Source of the DNA: Hamiltosporidium tvaerminnensis FI-OER-3-3
Taxonomy: Eukaryota > Fungi > Microsporidia
Assembly (NCBI GenBank): GCA_022605425.2
Contig: CM061251.1
Span: 1-64,000 of the forward strand
Reading direction: 5' to 3'
DNA length: 64,000 nucleotides
Shown: piece by piece, positions 1 to 13,714 of the stretch
How the letters are laid out: every line of letters starts with the position of its first letter
Position numbering within the stretch: the first letter of the stretch is position 1
The notes under the pieces: model-generated
Seen by the model: the letters and a program-made list of their open reading frames with translations, nothing else
Database searches by the model: none
What the model was told of the DNA's origin: nothing
Made by a program: the position numbers and the translations under genes

Positions 1-574
1 CCCTAACCCTAACCCTAACCCTAACCCTAACCCTAACCCTAACCCTAACCCTAACCCTAACCCTAACCCTAACCCTAACCCTAACCCTAACCCTAACCCT
101 AACCCTAACCCTAACCCTAACCCTAACCCTAACCCTAACCCTAACCCTAACCCTAACCCTAACCCTAACCCTAACCCTAACCCTAACCCTAACCCTAACC
201 CTAACCCTAACCCTAACCCTAACCCTAACCCTAACCCTAACCCTAACCCTAACCCTAACCCTAACCCTAACCCTAACCCTAACCCTAACCCTAACCCTAA
301 CCCTAACCCTAACCCTAACCCTAACCCTAACCCTAACCCTAACCCTAACCCTAACCCTAACCCTAACCCTAACCCTAACCCTAACCCTAACCCTAACCCT
401 AACCCTAACCCTAACCCTAACCCTAACCCTAACCCTAACCCTAACCCTAACCCTAACCCTAACCCTAACCCTAACCCTAACCCTAACCCTAACCCTAACC
501 CTAACCCTAACCCTAACCCTAACCCTAACCCTAACCCTAACCCTAACCCTAACCCTAACCCTAACCCTAACCCT
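1..574 (-). repeat. Telomeric array (CCCTAA)n / (TTAGGG)n
   Basis: 95 perfect CCCTAA units plus CCCT at the window start, ending abruptly at 574. Confidence 0.99.
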
Positions 575-1639
575 GCGCATGCATGAAATCTTTTTAGGTT
601 ATGATTCCTGCCGGTTCTAAGTACTACTAAGATTTAGCGTCGGTTTCGAATCAAAAAAAGGTTTTGAAGTATATGTACGCTGCAAATTAGTTAATATGGA
701 AAGTTCAAAGGTTCGAAACCTTTCGAAGAAATAGAAAAACCAAGAATAAAATTCGTGATCTGGAATGGAATCAAAGGTTTTCCTATCCAAAACGATAAAG
801 GTGAGAATTGATGAAACCCAAACTATTATGTACGTAATAAGCTTCTTTAGAATGAGCAATAAAAGTACGGGAAAAAACCCAAATCATTTTCGATCTTATT
901 GCAACAATTGTAGAAGATTATTTAGCAGAGAAAAGCGAAAAATATTTGCAAGGTGTTACTTAAGAGAAAAAAAGAGCCAGTAAAAGTAACAGACCCAGAA
1001 ATCACTAAAAAGACAGTGGGAAAAGCTGTATAAATAATAGAAGCACCTAAAATCTATGAGAAGAATAAGGTACGGATATAATCGAAAGTAGTTACACGAG
1101 GGTGCGATCGCACAAGTTTTAGCTAGGAATCTTTTTTTCAAATCAATAAATATATTTTTATATACTTTAGGGTATTAGAAGGAATAGAACATTGATATAA
1201 GCCTATCTTTGAGATCCATTGATTATTAAATTAAAATACGTGATAAATTAAGATTTTCTGACATAGAAAACATTTGATCCTAATATAAATAAAAAATTAA
1301 AAATGATGTATTGATGTTTTTAAAGACTAACCGCGCACCTAGTAAGAGAGAGTCCTGGATCAGATAATAGAAGAAACCTTATTTGACTACACTAAAAGGA
1401 AGAATTGAAAACATTTTTGAACGAAATAGAAATATAAAAAAAATAGAAATAAAAAGTTAAAAAAATTTAAGTGCGATTTTTCAATTTTCAAGGGTAGAAC
1501 TTGTGAGTTTCTTGAAAACGCTAATATAAGAATTAGAAATATTAGATCGGGTCAAAAAATATTAATAAAATTGCTTTTTACAATATTGGTAGTATTTATA
1601 ATATACAAGTTAAAAAAAAAATAATTTTTAGAGTAAATA

Positions 1640-2440
1640 ATTTTGGCATAGTAGCATCTGCTGAAAAGTGGCGATATACGTTAGAAAATTAAAATCCAGA
1701 TTATATGGTAATTGCCTGTAAGAAATCTAAAAAAAAATCAAAAACAGGTGTTCTAATTCCGAGGAAATGTTGATGTTATCGGAAGAATTAATTTAATATA
1801 GTATAATTGAAGATTTGACTAAATTCGGTGTTTGTAGTAAGGTACAAAAATATATTCTAATTTTCATTTACAAGTCACGTTTAAATAATGCAGTACATTT
1901 ACGAAAGGCTAAGCTTGGAAAATTTGCTGATATGAAGATATTAAGCTAAGGGGCTACAATCTGGATAATGCAGTAGCATACGAACAATTTGTTCTCTAAA
2001 AGCACGCAGATTTTGGATCTTATGAAATGAAAATATATTCTTTTACTTTTTAAGCACTAGAATAATGTTCTACTCTAGCATATGTACTTTTCAAACTTTA
2101 AGGTAAGACCGGAACTCCATAAAATTAAAATTTTTAATCACAAACTGAAAAATGTGTTTTTGAATAGAGCTAATTTTACATTAAATTCTAAGTTTAATAC
2201 TAATTAATGCAAAGATGAGACGCTAAGAAAACTTTTAGGCAAGAAAATTAAAGTTTTAACTTCCAAGAATGAATTCTGTTGAATAAATTACCGAATGAAG
2301 AAAAACTGAAATTATTGCATGATGTTTAAATTGAAGCATCGAAGAGTTTGCAAATAAAAAGACAAGTTTCTCATAAACTGCACAACCCTATCATAGCTAA
2401 ATTAAAAAGAATCTGAACAGCTGTGAGAACGATAACTGAC
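1640..2440 (+). mobile_element. Decayed Ty3/gypsy pol remnant (RNase H and integrase fragments)
   Basis: Short readable peptides FGIVASAEKWRYTL (~1642-1683, like RNase H LAIVxAxxKWRHYL) and IEEFANKKTSFS*TAQPYHS (~2338-2397, like integrase core TxPYHP), in gypsy order; many stops. Confidence 0.4.
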
Positions 2441-2899
2441 TTAAATTTTAAAGAAATTTAAGAGTTGATCGGAAAAATGAAAGGAAGATTAGTTATCTAG
2501 ATAGAGCTAATTCTAATATTAGAATTCAAATCCGGTTAACGATTTGGTTTAGTAAGGTTGTTCAATGTAGTAAAAAAAAGAACGCGTGTGTTGGTAAATA
2601 AATACGAAGATTATGGGATAGTAGTGAGTAACAATAATTCAGTATTCTGTTGCCACTATATAAAGATTCAGTTAAAAAATTTTATGACAGTCTTAATTAT
2701 TATCAAAGAGATAAAGGGGATATTTTAGTTAGTATAACCTTATGTTGAATTTGAAAAAGGAAATAAAGCTACTAGGGCCTATTAAGTCTGGTGTGATTTT
2801 AGAGAGAAAAAATGCACTTGTATAAACAGGTTCACTGATATATTTCTTTCATTTAAATAATTATTTTAATTCTTCTATTTTTTTGCGAGAAGTACCAAA

Positions 2900-3900
2900 G
2901 GCGTGAAAACTAAATACAATTACAGCAATAAAAAGGATAAATAAATTATACAGGAATCTCGCACTAATGAAAAAACTTGTAAATTGTTTGAAAAGAGCAT
3001 ATTTACAAAATTCGAGTTAGTTTTTTAAAAGAAAAAAACTAGTTACACACGGAATAACTCAACCTTTACCAATAGCCTTCAGATAGAACATATTTTAGAA
3101 AGTGGTAGTGATATTTTTTGCAACGATCGATATCAAATCAGCTATGATACGATCAAAAAAGAAGCTTGTATAGGAACCTTATGTTGTATCAAGAGTTTAT
3201 TCCGAAGAATACTCTATTGATTGCAGAATTACTTTAGAATAAAAGACATTTATTGATAAAGTATAATCAAAAATCAAAATTTACTACGGTTTGCAACGAG
3301 TTACCGCAAAGAACTGGGATATTCTTAAGTTTGTTCGATATTGTTCTTGATTAGTTGATTTTCTATGTCTCTTCTCAGCTGAGGAATAATATATTTAGCT
3401 ATGCAGAAGATTTTTTGCTTTATCACAGTAGTTTGAAACAGATTAAGAAGAATATCAGATGCATATAAAGCCCTTCATCTAATAATGCATTTTTTTGAAA
3501 GAAAAGAACTACTCTTATAATTGCTGAAATATGATTAAAATATTTATTAATAATATTAGTGTTGAAAACCAATGCCTTTTCAAGTATCTTGATATTAATT
3601 TTATTTAAAAGGCGTTGATACGAATTTTAATGTCAGACAAACAAGAAAAAGGGCTTTAAAAGCTGCAATTGTATTACAAAACGTCTCCTGTAAAAAATAG
3701 TCGAATAGAACTGCAAAGTCTTCTAAACTCGTGTTGAGAGGCTATGTTGGGTATGTTAGACTTATATTAGATTATCAATTCTTAATTTTCTCGGCTCATA
3801 ACACGTTTTTAGCAACGGAGAGAATTGAGATGTGTCTTGAAGTACTGTTTGGGGATGTTTTATAATACACCTAGTATTTTTCCATATGCTCTACTACTAT
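2900..3900 (+). mobile_element. Decayed non-LTR (LINE) reverse transcriptase remnant
   Basis: Ordered degenerate RT motifs NYTGIS (2944), YAED (3400, YADD position) and FKYLD (3579, FKYLG position) with plausible spacing; no intact ORF. Confidence 0.55.
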
Positions 3901-6900
3901 AGAAACAACTTAGCAAGATCAGTGTGTCCCACTCTTTCCCTTGGCTCTAAATTTATTAATGAATAAAATTAATATTCTTAAGGAATTAATGGAAAATAAT
4001 ACTAAAATTATTGTTATATTAAAACTACATATCAATATTATTTTAATAATACTAAAGTGATTCCTAAGTAAATGTTGAAGGATTTTAAATAAGCGTGAAT
4101 TCTGGGAAACAAAAGAATATTCAAAGACATCAACATCGTACGTTATTATGATGTAAAGAGAATTACTAATTGTGGCTTTAAGGCATTTATGGAATATGTA
4201 AGAGGACAAAATAGGATGATTTTGACGCTGTTATTCGTTTCTTCAGAAAGAAAGACTGAAAATTACTATTTTTTATGTTGGTGTCATGCTCTACTAACAT
4301 GGAACGTGTCTAATTTGTTTAATAATACGAAATTTGAGTTTTAAATAAGGCTAAAGCGTGAAGTATTTTTAATTTTTCTAGTGGTCCAAATGTTTGTTAT
4401 TAGGTTCCTAATCTATATCTTCTTTAATATACTTTTTTCCATTTTTTTATTTCCTGTTTTGTTTGTGTGAATTTGCTTATATTATTATTCTACTACGTTA
4501 TTATATTAACAATCACTTTAGTATGGTATCATTTTTTAGATCTAACATCCTTTTCTATTTTCTATGTTACTTGACACTCATGCAAACATTTTTTTCTCAA
4601 CTAAATCCAATCTGGTTAATTTTATCTTTAATTTAGAGATTAGAGTTACCTTTTTAGAACTAATGTCTAATTTTATTTTTTTTTTGAGAAATTTATGTTT
4701 ATTTTATATTCATTCATCTTGAAATTTCGTATTTCATTTAAAATGGTCAATATAGGATATATAATTTAGTAGTATTACTTCTCATATGATTTTAAGGTGG
4801 TAAGTCTAATTAGCTTCTAAAATTTAGCATAATTGGAAGTTTTTGAATGTTAGGTATGGGATATTTTTTTATGTTTATTTGGAACATTTGGAATATTAAA
4901 ACCATAAGTCATAATCTAAAAATAAGATTTTGTAATCTTGGTCATAATATGTTGTGTTCAGCCTAAATATGGCAGTATTAAATTTTTGTAAATTGTTGTT
5001 AAAAGGCCTAAGCATATTGATAGAAATATTAAATGTATAGGGTATTCATACGTAACTTTGGATTTCTATATACCCTTATACTACTTACTTTTCTCTTATT
5101 TATAGAAACTGCCAAACATATTTATATTTCTATTGTTTATTTTACTTGACAAGAATATAATCTAAGTAAAAGAAAGATATACATGTGAAAGGATATTTAA
5201 ATATTATTATACTACTCTTAAGAGAATAAATCAGAAAAGTAATATTATTGCCAGTCTTGAAATAAATTTGATATTATTTTAGATTTTAATTTATACGGTC
5301 TTTAATTTTTTATAAATATGCAAAAAATCTATATTAGTGGATTTTAAGATTTGCTTATTCTTAGTATATCCACATACATAAATAGTTTATTTTTATTCTT
5401 TAGTAAGATTTAACTAACTTAAATTGCTATATATAATTATTTTATTGTAAAAAACTAAATAATTATATATAATCGAAAAATTTTGTATATTAAAATCTTA
5501 AAGTAATAAATTTGTTTTTTCTAGCCTATTTTTATATTAAAAATATATTTCAATGATAATTCTACATTAATTATTTGTTTATTTTAAAGTTCTTAATTTA
5601 TCTACCTATTTAAAGATAAACGATACACCTAAATTTTAAATAGTAGGGTTATCTTTTTTATAGTATTCCTAGATCTTTAATTTTCTTTGGACCAATACGG
5701 ATTTACACAAACAATAATTCAAAGAAAAAAATTTAGATAATATTTTAATTTAGTATTAAGATAGGGAATTTTCAATGAATATATAGTTCCGTCTAAACTT
5801 AATTTATACCTCATTTTTTAATATACATATGTTTTAATAGAGCTTTGAAGCCATGAAAAAATCTTCAAAAATGAAGAAACACCTATACTAATCTGAATTA
5901 GAAGATATTGGTAACATTTTTATATCTAGATATATCTATAAATGGATATTACATCGGAAACATATAAAAAGAATATTGGCTTTATGAAATCAGTCGAATC
6001 TTATAATTCACAAATGAAATTTTTAAAATGGTGTTTGATGATTTATAGATTATCAATTTGAAAGTATTATTTTTCTTTTTTCAAAAAAACAGAAAGACTC
6101 TTATTATTAAAAATTACAAAACTATAAATAGGCTGAAGTTTTTAATGTCGAGAAATCTTCTACAATTGAGTTAGGACCATCTTATTGTGAATCTACTGAA
6201 TCTTCCTTGTATTTATAAGAAAATTCCTAATGTAGAAGCCATAGAACTCATGCGAAAATCCACCGATATATTTACTAGAAGATTCGAAGGTGAATTTATA
6301 TATTCTAAACTACCTAAGCTGATTTGATTATAAAAGGGTATTGGTAAGGCTATTTACATCTGTTACAACTATGATCCAAAGTTTAGTGTCAAAGAACTCT
6401 TCCGATCTTAGTTAAAGTCGGGTCTACCTAAATAAGTGGATTAATTTATTAGAATATAATAGTAGATATTCCTACTAATATCATTAACTTAAATAAAATA
6501 ACTCCAAGGTAAACCTTCGAAATAGGACGCAATTGCCTATTTGAAAAGATTCAAGGCTCAGCTATATATCATAAAGATAAAAAAAGAATAAAATAATGTG
6601 CTGTGGTTTGTAACCCAAACTTTCCAAAATTAATACCTTTATTTACTTGGATACAGCCCGATATTCTTATAAAATATCTTGATATATTTCTTGTAAACAT
6701 GTAAAAAACCTATCTCCTTTTATGATATATGATTGAGTTGTTTTCTTTTTGAATAAATCTATTTTTCATAACTCGTAATCTCTTCCTATTTTTTCCTTCG
6801 TAAGTTTATTTTTTTAGGATATTAAAAAATTATTCTTCTAAAAAAACCTCGAATAATGTCTTTTTTCGCATAAAGTTTAAGTTATAGCCCCAATTCCTTC

Positions 6901-7464
6901 TTTGATACTCTTTTATACTTCAGTACTGAGCTTTTTTATCTTTTGCTTTCTCAAGAAGATTTTTGGAAAATACTAACTTGGAAATCTTAAATTTTAAATT
7001 TCGTTCTAAATGAATTTACTTACTATTTATATGTCTATTTTTCATAAATAATTTCATGGGCCTTTTAGTAGAAAATAAATAATAATGACGAATAACACTG
7101 TTAGTTATATAAAAGAAATAAAATCTTAAATTTATAATGCATAAATGCTTATTTCAATAAAATGTCTAATTATGAAGTATACTATGAATAGTATATCCTT
7201 GCTCAAACATTTGGATTGTTTAATAAATAATAAAAAATTTAAATAGACTTAACTATATTTTTCTAATCTAAAACAATGTACCTTTAAATTATTCATTGAC
7301 TTTATTACTTTATTAAAAAAAATTAAATCTAAATAAAAAAAACCAAATAAAATTTTATTAAACCGTAAGTTATAATTAAAATCAATGAGAATTTAATATA
7401 AATAAATATATTGTAAATGAAAAAATCATAAATCCGAATTTTGATATAAGAAGTGCTTTATTCA

Positions 7465-8718
7465 TCAAACGATACCAGCTTTACGTTTTTGTTCTACCAA
7501 AGCGGTATGAACTTTTGGATATTCTTTGGCCACAGCACTCGGGTTTTCTGAATAAGCAAATAAAAAGGCTTTGCAACCCGAATCAAACATTGTTCCGAAA
7601 TTCATCGTAGTGTATAAAACAGATACAATACTAAAAATTATAAATCTGTCTTTTAACTTTGCAATAGTATTTTCAAAGTGATAACCATTGTATAAAATAA
7701 ATATCGCAATATAAATTGCTATCCACATAAATTCAAAAAGAGCAATAATTGGTAAAGTACACAAAGAATTCAAAAGTATTTGATTTCTAGAGGATGTCAA
7801 TTTTTCAAATGCACTTTTCATAGATTTTGCATAACTTTCACCTTTCACTGCCATATAACAAAAACACCAATCATTAGCAAAAGAAATTATATCTTCTAGA
7901 ATTGTCAAAATGAGTGTAATTAAGACCTTTAGGATTACTGTAAGTATATTTTCTCTTTCACCACGATCATTACTTTTCTGTACCAAATGTTTCATCGTAT
8001 GAACAACTGCTATAATTAATCCGCCAAAACAAATACTACCCAAACAAAACAAAGTATTCTTTACACTTTCTTTAGCTATTGACGAATCTTGTGTTTCTTT
8101 AAATATTTCCATGCATACAATAGTGCTTATACAAACTCTAAGGAAATAAATAGAATTGAAAAATAGCCAACTTCCATAAAGAATTACTATTGCGTAAAAA
8201 AGTGGTTGTAATTTTTCTAGAATTATTTTTCTATCAAAAAGAATATCAATTCCCATTACAAGTACAAACAAAATAGAATACATCCCAAGAATGGTAAGTA
8301 TATTTTTACAAATTATTCTGGTTGTAGCTTTCAATACTTTTGCAGAATATTTTATGTTTTTCCTGTAGAACAAGAAATACATCAGGTAGCCTATTACAGC
8401 TCCGATTATTGCAAAAATAATAACAATTATATTGTTTGTAAGAACTGCAATTGCAAGAAATAAAAGTGGTGAAACCAAACATCCAAAATGCATGGCGAAA
8501 GCTGGAAAGAATAAAAAGCTTCCTATCATAGTGGATATACATATTACAATATATAATAAAGTAATTAGTGCAAAACCCATATCAAAATTAAACTCCATTT
8601 GCGATTTTACTTCAGTACCTACTAATAAATACGTAATCACACCTATAGTAGATGCAAGAAACAAGAAAAACGCCCAAGCATCATTAAATCTTCTCTTCAC
8701 TACAAATGTCCTATTCAT
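7465..8718 (-). CDS. Choline transporter-like (CTL/PNS1 family) multi-pass membrane protein, 417 aa
   Basis: RFNDAWAFFLF N-terminus, GSICFGGLIIA motif, NDWCFCYMAVKGESYAKS (family NxxAxxxxAxxGxxYxxS), about 9-10 hydrophobic segments; CCC immediately before the ATG. Confidence 0.9.
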   Translation of the reverse strand: MNRTFVVKRRFNDAWAFFLFLASTIGVITYLLVGTEVKSQMEFNFDMGFALITLLYIVICISTMIGSFLFFPAFAMHFGCLVSPLLFLAIAVLTNNIIVIIFAIIGAVIGYLMYFLFYRKNIKYSAKVLKATTRIICKNILTILGMYSILFVLVMGIDILFDRKIILEKLQPLFYAIVILYGSWLFFNSIYFLRVCISTIVCMEIFKETQDSSIAKESVKNTLFCLGSICFGGLIIAVVHTMKHLVQKSNDRGERENILTVILKVLITLILTILEDIISFANDWCFCYMAVKGESYAKSMKSAFEKLTSSRNQILLNSLCTLPIIALFEFMWIAIYIAIFILYNGYHFENTIAKLKDRFIIFSIVSVLYTTMNFGTMFDSGCKAFLFAYSENPSAVAKEYPKVHTALVEQKRKAGIV

Positions 8719-8731
8719 GGGTTTTAAATTT
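8719..8731 (-). promoter_or_regulatory. Microsporidian-type AAATTT...CCC start-proximal motif
   Basis: Minus strand reads AAATTTAAAACCC-ATG. Similar motifs precede SPC25 (AAAACCCCAG-ATG), Ran (GACCCCT-ATG), TAP42 (GCCCACGATTTAAA-ATG) and TBCA (AAGGGCAA-ATG). Confidence 0.7.
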
Positions 8732-11700
8732 TTTTTTTTTTTTATTTCTATTTTTTTTAATTTGAAACAAATGTAAGAAAAAGGAGCAAATTTATTTTAA
8801 ACCAACCGTTTAATGTAAAATATATTGTACCTTTTTGGGTTTATTAGTAAAAATTTATTTTATTTGTTTTCTATATTTGGATAAATTTTTTAAATGTTTG
8901 TTTTTTTAAAATATGGTTTGATTTTTTTATTGGTAATTTTATTATAATTTTAACCCTTTGTTGGTTTTTTTAAAAGAATTTTTAATTTTATCTAATTACA
9001 AAGTTTTAAGTTGAAATTGCAGCTTATTTAATACAGAAATATATTTTTATTAAGTGATAACGGTTTTTGTTTCAATAAATTTATATTAAATTAATTTTTA
9101 GGAGTAAATATAAAAGGGGAAATTTACATAGAAATTTATTTAAAGGAGAAATAAAATTTCTATAAACTGTAAATTAACAAATATATTTAACAATTTCAAT
9201 TACATATAATTCATTTTTTTCATTTAATATATATGAGGTCAGAGTTAAAAGGATTCTAATTTTATTAAAAAATTTGAATTTATTTGTAAATTTAATTGCA
9301 GTCTAAATTTATAAGAATTATTTATAAATCAAGTTTTATCTGTATAAGATATAAATCATAATAATCATAAGCAATTATTTCTTTTTGATTTTTTATTTTA
9401 AATATTTTTATTCATATTTGTGACTGAATATATTTTTTTATTCTTTTTAAGTGTCGCAAAAGCACATCTATATGAATTTATTGAAATTTTAAAAGTGTGA
9501 TTTTTGTTTATACAATATATTTTTTTCTTTCTATAGTGATATATTAAAAAAAAAATTATTTCTGCTATTTTTGGATAAATTAAAAAGAAAAGATATGAAT
9601 TAATACATTTTTTTAAAAAGGATTGAGTTGTATTAAATTATAATTTGTATTAATTTATTTGTGTTAATAGAGAATTAGATTCAATATTATTTATAGTTTA
9701 CATTTTCATAAGAATATATTCAAGAAGCTTTTATTTGTTGAAAATTTGATTGGTTTGTTTTATTTTTAAGAAATTTTTATTTGAAATTTTATATAATTTT
9801 AAAAACCAAAAATAAATATAATTGTTGAATATTTTTGTTAGATTATAAAAATTCACTAAGAATTGCGGTTTAAATATGAAAAATTTAGAGAAGTAAATTT
9901 TCTGTTTAAATTTTTAATTTGAAAACTAAAGTTTCTGATGTATAAAAATATCTGTTAGAAAGATCCATTTTTCTTTTTTTAAAAATATGTGTTTAGTTGC
10001 AATAAATAAGCAATTTATGACTTTTATATTTCTACCGATCAATTTCTAATATAATATTTTGTATCTTCGTTATGTAGCAGAAATTTATTAACAAATTCAG
10101 AGATGTATAGAAATAGATCATATTCGTTTGACACTATGACGAATATAATGCATCGAATTTTATTTAAGAATGGAGTCAAGTAAAATTATTTATGACAACA
10201 TTTTTGGTTTACAATGCATGTTCTTAATGCAATACAACTGTTTGTATATAAAAATATTTTAAGTTGGTTTTATATAATTATACGATTTTTAAAAAATTCA
10301 AAATTAATGTATTTGTAAAAACATTATTTGTATTGTATATTCTAATGGTCTGTGTTTATATTTCACAACAAAAATATTCTAAATATATTTAAATTTAAAA
10401 AAAATTCTACTATTTATCAGGATGTATATTAAAATATCTTTATAAAATTCGATATATCAAAGTTTAAGTTGAACTATTTCCTTTATATTTCTTGGATTTT
10501 GCAGTCTATTCATAAATCGCTAATTTTATTGCTTCAAATGAGCATGGCATTTGGATTCTTTAGATATATCTAAATTAAATTTCAAAAAAATATATTTATA
10601 TCGAAAATTTATATTGTGAACAGATAATTATATAAACTTTGGTTGTATGTTTTAATACAAATTTTTTTTCGTAAGAAAAGAATTTAAAAATTTAAATGAA
10701 AAAATTACTAAAATATCTTTAAAATATTTGTTTAACTGATACAATAAACATTTAAATTGATTTTATACATTATAGTAAGGTTTTTATTATCAAAATTTAA
10801 TTTGATTCTTTCTATTTAGAAAATTAAATACTTAAATATTTTGAAATATTTTTAAAAAATTGCTTTTAGAAGTATTTTTCTTCAGTAAATATTATATTTC
10901 AAAGTGTAATTTAAGATTTTATTCACTTTAAAAATATTTTGAAAGTAAAATTAAAATTCTATATAAAACTTCCTTTATCTTAATTAAAATTTAAAAGTAT
11001 AAATAAGTTAAATATTTGAATAAAATGGTTTTTTTTCTTTGTGAATATAATATGTCGAACATAGCTACATTGTTGTGTCTTTTATTACTGTTAGTTTATT
11101 TTTGTAAAAAAAATAGATCTTTTACGGATATTTATGATAAAAAGGTTATATTTTTCGAATTTGGAGATTTATATTCTAAAATTGAACATAATATTCTATG
11201 TTATGCGTTTTACATGACGATTTTATTGATAAACACTTCACTTTTGTTTTATTTTACATTAACAAGATATCTTATGAATAATTCTATATCTGAAAGTTTA
11301 TTGGTGGTCATTGTTATGCTTACGAAAATTTATACTGTAAATTTGTTGTTCTTTCAAATCATATTTTGTATTTTTATATTTTTTTAAAAATGATACAAGT
11401 ATTTATAAAACAATAATAACTTGAAAATTGTTACTAATTACACTTCAAACATATAGTTTTGAAGCAACTATATGCTCTATATTTGTAATTATTACAACCA
11501 CAGCAAACTCTGGATACATTTAATATTACAAATATTGAAAAATATATTTATCTTGTCACATTCAGATAACAAAATAAATTTTTTTATATAAATATATATT
11601 TATCACATAATTTGATAATTTATACGGTGTTTTTTGTTCCTTTGTATTGTATATACACAAAGAATTTATTTAAAATACTTTTTAATAGAAATAATAGTTA

Positions 11701-13714
11701 TGATATCAACTTTTTTGTTGTAAAAATACCAAGACATTCTTTATATTGTATTTTCAAATATCTTCTTTATATAAGTCTATTTATAATTTTAAAATCAAAT
11801 TAGAGAAATTAATTTAATTAATATTTTCTAATTTTTTACTTTGATTATTATACGAGGTATATCATCTTAATGCAAAAAATTGAATAAAATAGACAAATCA
11901 TTTGATTATACTGTATTTAGAATAAACATAAAATAAAAATGTTTATTCGTATAATAAAGAAACTGTTTTTATCTTTAATAGATTTTTTTGATCAAAATTA
12001 GAATTTTATGTTACATTACACTTTGTTTGAGTTAAAATATAATAATAAGGTTTGCATAATATTATCAAAGGATATTTTTTATGGCAAATAAAGTAATAGA
12101 CGGGAAAGTTTAATTACGTAATAAAATGACAATTGTGCATTCTTTATTTTAGTCTTGATTCATTTATTCTTGTTTTTGAACATTTTCTATAGAAATTCAC
12201 TGTAAATATTTTATATTGTTTGGGAATTTCAATTTCTTTGTATCTTTGCCAACTTAAAAATGTATATCAAAAAAAAGTATTTCATAACTATTTTTTTAAT
12301 GAATAATCGTTATTAATGGTTAAGTAAGTTTTAAAATGTTTGTTTTTCTTGCTAAAGTTAACCAACAGAAATTCAGAATTTAAATTGATTGTTAATTGAA
12401 ATACCAGTTTTTCAGATTATGTTATTTAGATTTCTTTTTGGATACTATTATAATATGTCAAGACTATATTTTCACTACCAAATGTATTGCCTTAAATAAA
12501 TTTAAAATACAATAGTATTTTACTTTTTATATCTAAACAGATGGTATAAATTTTTAATTTTATAATGATTTCGTTATTACTATTAATTAATCATATATTA
12601 GAATACGATAAATATTGTGATTATTTCAAAGAAAATCTAAACATTTACTTCAATAAGTATAAATATATTTCTTTTACTTTGAAAGGTGGAATATTCTAAC
12701 ATAAAATATGGCTAACATTATAGATTTTAGAAAATATCGACATCAAATGTTAAAAGCTTATAATTTAATGTAATTGTTGAGGCCAAAATATTTTACAGAA
12801 GATAAATAATTCATTTCTAGTTTACAGGTAGACGTTTCATTTTATCTTGGAAATTTAATTAAAATATTTATTACTGTATTTAGACATAAAATCTAATATT
12901 TATTTGTAAGTTAGAAGAAAATTTGTATTACAAAGTACTTATAGTTCTAAATATAAAAGGAAATCGATGATTTCATTAGTTTATTCTGCAGTGAAAGCTA
13001 TATCATGACTTATCTTAAATATTTATTATTGAAAAAAATAAGTCACTAAGTATAAAGAATATAATCAAAGATAAATATTCATTGTACTTATAATAAAGAT
13101 TTGCATATTATCCTTGGTAGTATTTAAATTGTTAATCACAAAAACCAAGTTTAATATGTTCAATTTAAAAATCAAACATGATTAATATAGGAAGAAAATA
13201 CTAAACTTATCATAGTTAATTAAACACTTAATTACTTTTGCCTAATGTTTAATTACAATAAATAAATAGTTATTAACTGTTGACATTTAACTAATTACCT
13301 ACAATATTTTTGCATGTTTAAACAGTTAAATATTTTGAAAATAGGGTTTATCTTATTCTTGATACCAATAAGTACATAATATTCTACTTTTTAGTTTTTT
13401 TTTAAGTATTTAAAATATCTATATTACCGATTTCTTTTATTAAAAAAATTTTAATAAAATCGTACTATATTATATTTTCGAAAAGTTAGAAAATATAAAA
13501 ATATTTTTATAACCGAATAAATGAATTAGGCAGTTAAATGTATTTAGTTTACGATATTTTATTTATTTTAGGAAAGTATAGTATGTTTTAAAAGAAAATA
13601 AATAATCATAGAAAATATTATTACTTACATCTTTAATTTAAACAGTCATACAACATCTAGCTTTTCTTTGAATTGAAGTATTCTTTCAAAAAAAGTGACT
13701 GATTTGTCTTCGAA

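Noticed and set aside
700-730. GGTTCGAAACC T-loop/B-box-like sequence
   Set aside because: No cloverleaf can be built around it; no tRNA or rRNA gene was recognised anywhere in the window.
11016-11803. Hydrophobic ORFs of 123 and 63 aa
   Set aside because: F/I/L/Y richness is expected from T-rich DNA and no family motif is visible; could be a decayed membrane-protein gene but unsupported.
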